NCBI GenBank assembly: GCA_009914755.4
Contig: CP068257.2
Span: 16,608,001 to 16,672,000, forward strand
Source: the human T2T-CHM13v2.0 reference genome, Homo sapiens
Direction: 5' to 3'
DNA: 64,000 bases
The position numbers and the translations under genes were made by a program. Under the pieces are notes generated by a model, which ran no database searches, was not told the origin of the DNA, and saw nothing but the letters and a program-made list of their open reading frames with translations. This document shows positions 61,830-64,000 of the stretch, piece by piece. Positions within the stretch are counted from its first letter, which is position 1. Every line of letters begins with the position of its first letter.

Positions 61830-64000
61830 ATAGAAGGAACGTACCTCAACACAATAAAGATTACATATGACAAAGCCATAGTTAACAATATATTAACAGG
61901 AAAAAGTTGAAATCTTTTCTTCTAAGAACTGGAACAAGACAAAGATACCTACTCTCACCACTCTTATTCAGTATAACACTGAAAGTCCTAGACAAAGCAA
62001 TTAGAATAAAGAGAGAAATAAAGGGCATCCAAATTGGAAAGAAGGCAGTCAAATTGTCTCTTTTCATAGATGACATGATCTTATCTACAGAAAAACCTAA
62101 ATACTCCACCAATAAAGAGAATTGATCATTGAATTTAGTAAAGTTTCAGGATACAAAATAAACAAAACAAAATCATTACAGTTTCTTTACATCAACAACC
62201 AACTAGCTGAAAAAGAAATCAAGAAAGTAATCCCATCTACAACAATCACAAAAAAAAACAAACACCTAGAAATAAATTTAACCAAGGAGGTGAAAGACCC
62301 CTTCAAGGAAAACTGTAAAACACTGATGAAAGAAATTGAAAAGGACACAAACAAATGAAAAGCATCCTATACTCACGGATTGGAAGACTTAATATTGTTA
62401 AAATAACAATACTACCCAATCCCTATTTAATGATAGGGATTTAATGCAATCCCTATCAAAACACCAAAGACATTCTTCACAGGAATAGAAAAAAAATCCT
62501 AAAATTTGTATGGAACCACAAAACACACCAAATAGCCAAAGCAATCCTGAGCAAAAAGAACAAAACTGGAGGCTTCACACTACCAGATTTCAAAATATTC
62601 TACAAAATTATAGTAACCAAGATAACTGGCATAAAAATGGACAACAGACCAATGGAACAGAATAGAGAACAAGATAGAGAACACTGAAATAAATCTATGT
62701 TTACAGCCCACTGATTCTTTTTTTTTTTTTTTTTTTTTAACAAAGGCACCAAGAACATTCACTGGGGGGAAAGAACAATCGCTTCAGTAGATGATGCTGG
62801 GAAAACTGGATAACTATATGAAGTATGAAACTAGACCCTTATCTCTCACCATATAGAAAAATCATATCAAAATGGATTAAAGAGTTAAATCTAATACCTA
62901 AAATGTTGAAACCACTAGAATAAAACATTGGGGGAAACACTCCAGGACATCGGTCTGGACAATGATGGCTTGAGTAAGCCCATAAAAGCACAGGCAACCA
63001 AAGCCAAAATGGACAAATGGGATCACATCACGCTAAAAAGCTTCTACACAGCAAAGGGAATAACCAACGAAGTGAAGAGCAAATCCACAGAATGGGAGAA
63101 AATATCTGCAAACTATCCATTTGACAAGCACATATTAACCAGAATATATAAAGAGCTCAAACAAATCGACAAGAAATAAAAACATATATTCCGACTTTAA
63201 AAATAGGCAAATTATCTGAATAGACATTTCTCAAAAAAAGACATACAAATAGCCAACAGAATATGAAAAAATGCTCAACATCACTAATTACTAGAGAAAT
63301 GCAAATCAAAACCACAATGAGATATCTCTCACCCCTGTTATAATAGCTTTTATCAAAAGAGAGGCAGTAAGGGATACTGGTGAAGACATGGAGGAAGAAG
63401 AACACCCATAGACTGTTGGGGAAAATATAAATTAGTACAGCCACTATTCAGAACATTATGGAAGTTTCTTAAAAAACTAAAAATAGAACTACCATATAAT
63501 CCAGCACTTCCACTGCTGGGCATATATTCAAAAGAAAGGAACTCAGTATATCAAAGAGGATATCTGCCCTCCCATGTTTATTGCAGCACTATTCACAATA
63601 GCCAACATTTGGAATCAACCTAAGAGAAAAGCATATGTTTTATAATTAGAAAACTTTGGGCATATGTTTTTATAGATTGGTATATGGATATTTACATATA
63701 CATAGAGTGTATATATAATGTATTGCTTAAGTATTTGGCACTGCTTTTTAAAGACAAGGATTAGCCTAGAGTTTAGCATTACAATAATACAAAATAGACA
63801 TGGTTCTTCCCTTTATAGACCTCATAGTTTAATATGACAAACAAACTTTAAATGATATAGTGTTATAAGTTATAAAGATAACCACATGTGAGCCAACATG
63901 GTTAGTAATCACTAAATCTTCAAAATCATTAAGGATCAGAATGGTGGGTTAGAGTTGCCAGGTTGTAAAATGCAAAATAAGTATGTTATTACTGCTCATT
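61830..64000 (+). mobile_element. Older L1 (L1P/L1M-type) ORF2 reverse-transcriptase and C-terminal/3' region, forward orientation, degenerate, with internal poly-T at 62708-62730; continues to the window end
   Basis: Translation [60 protein letters not shown] (61907..62125) is a degenerate L1 RT motif (consensus-like [21 protein letters not shown]...GIQIGKEEVKLSLFADDMI). Downstream reads ...accaagataactggcataaaaatggacaacagaccaatggaacagaatagagaac and ...ccaaaatggacaaatgggatcacatcacgctaaaaagcttctacacagcaaagggaataaccaac... Further L1 3' sequence follows to 63960. Confidence 0.8.

Overview
Primate (human-like) nuclear DNA, not a prokaryotic or mobile-system locus. It matches the chr21q21.1 region where two protein-coding genes lie tail-to-tail. 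(1) On the + strand are the last five coding exons of chondrolectin (CHODL): a C-type lectin domain, a stalk, a transmembrane helix and a cytoplasmic tail. All have canonical AG/GT splice sites, consistent phases and exact translation matches. Coding exon 1 (signal peptide) is not in the window. (2) On the - strand are the last seven coding exons of TMPRSS15 (enteropeptidase/enterokinase). They encode the end of the SRCR domain, the ITPK|IVGG activation site and the complete trypsin-like catalytic domain with His/Asp/Ser triad codons, through the stop codon. Again every splice site is canonical and the phases are consistent. The two stop codons are about 3.9 kb apart; the inferred 3' ends are about 2.4-3.2 kb apart. 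The rest is typical intronic/intergenic primate sequence: at least 15 Alu elements (several with clear target-site duplications), multiple L1 3'-end fragments, a solo MaLR/THE1-type LTR, MER-like fragments, and several micro/minisatellites. The L1 fragments include a twin-priming style inverted L1 at 60.4-61.6 kb and older L1 ORF2 remnants at 61.8-64 kb. I see no evidence of a novel biological system. The notable items are structural: a convergent gene pair, an AT-rich minisatellite in CHODL intron 1, an L1 inversion, and a local ~120-bp duplication. All identifications are from reading the sequence and recalled protein sequences. No database search was run.
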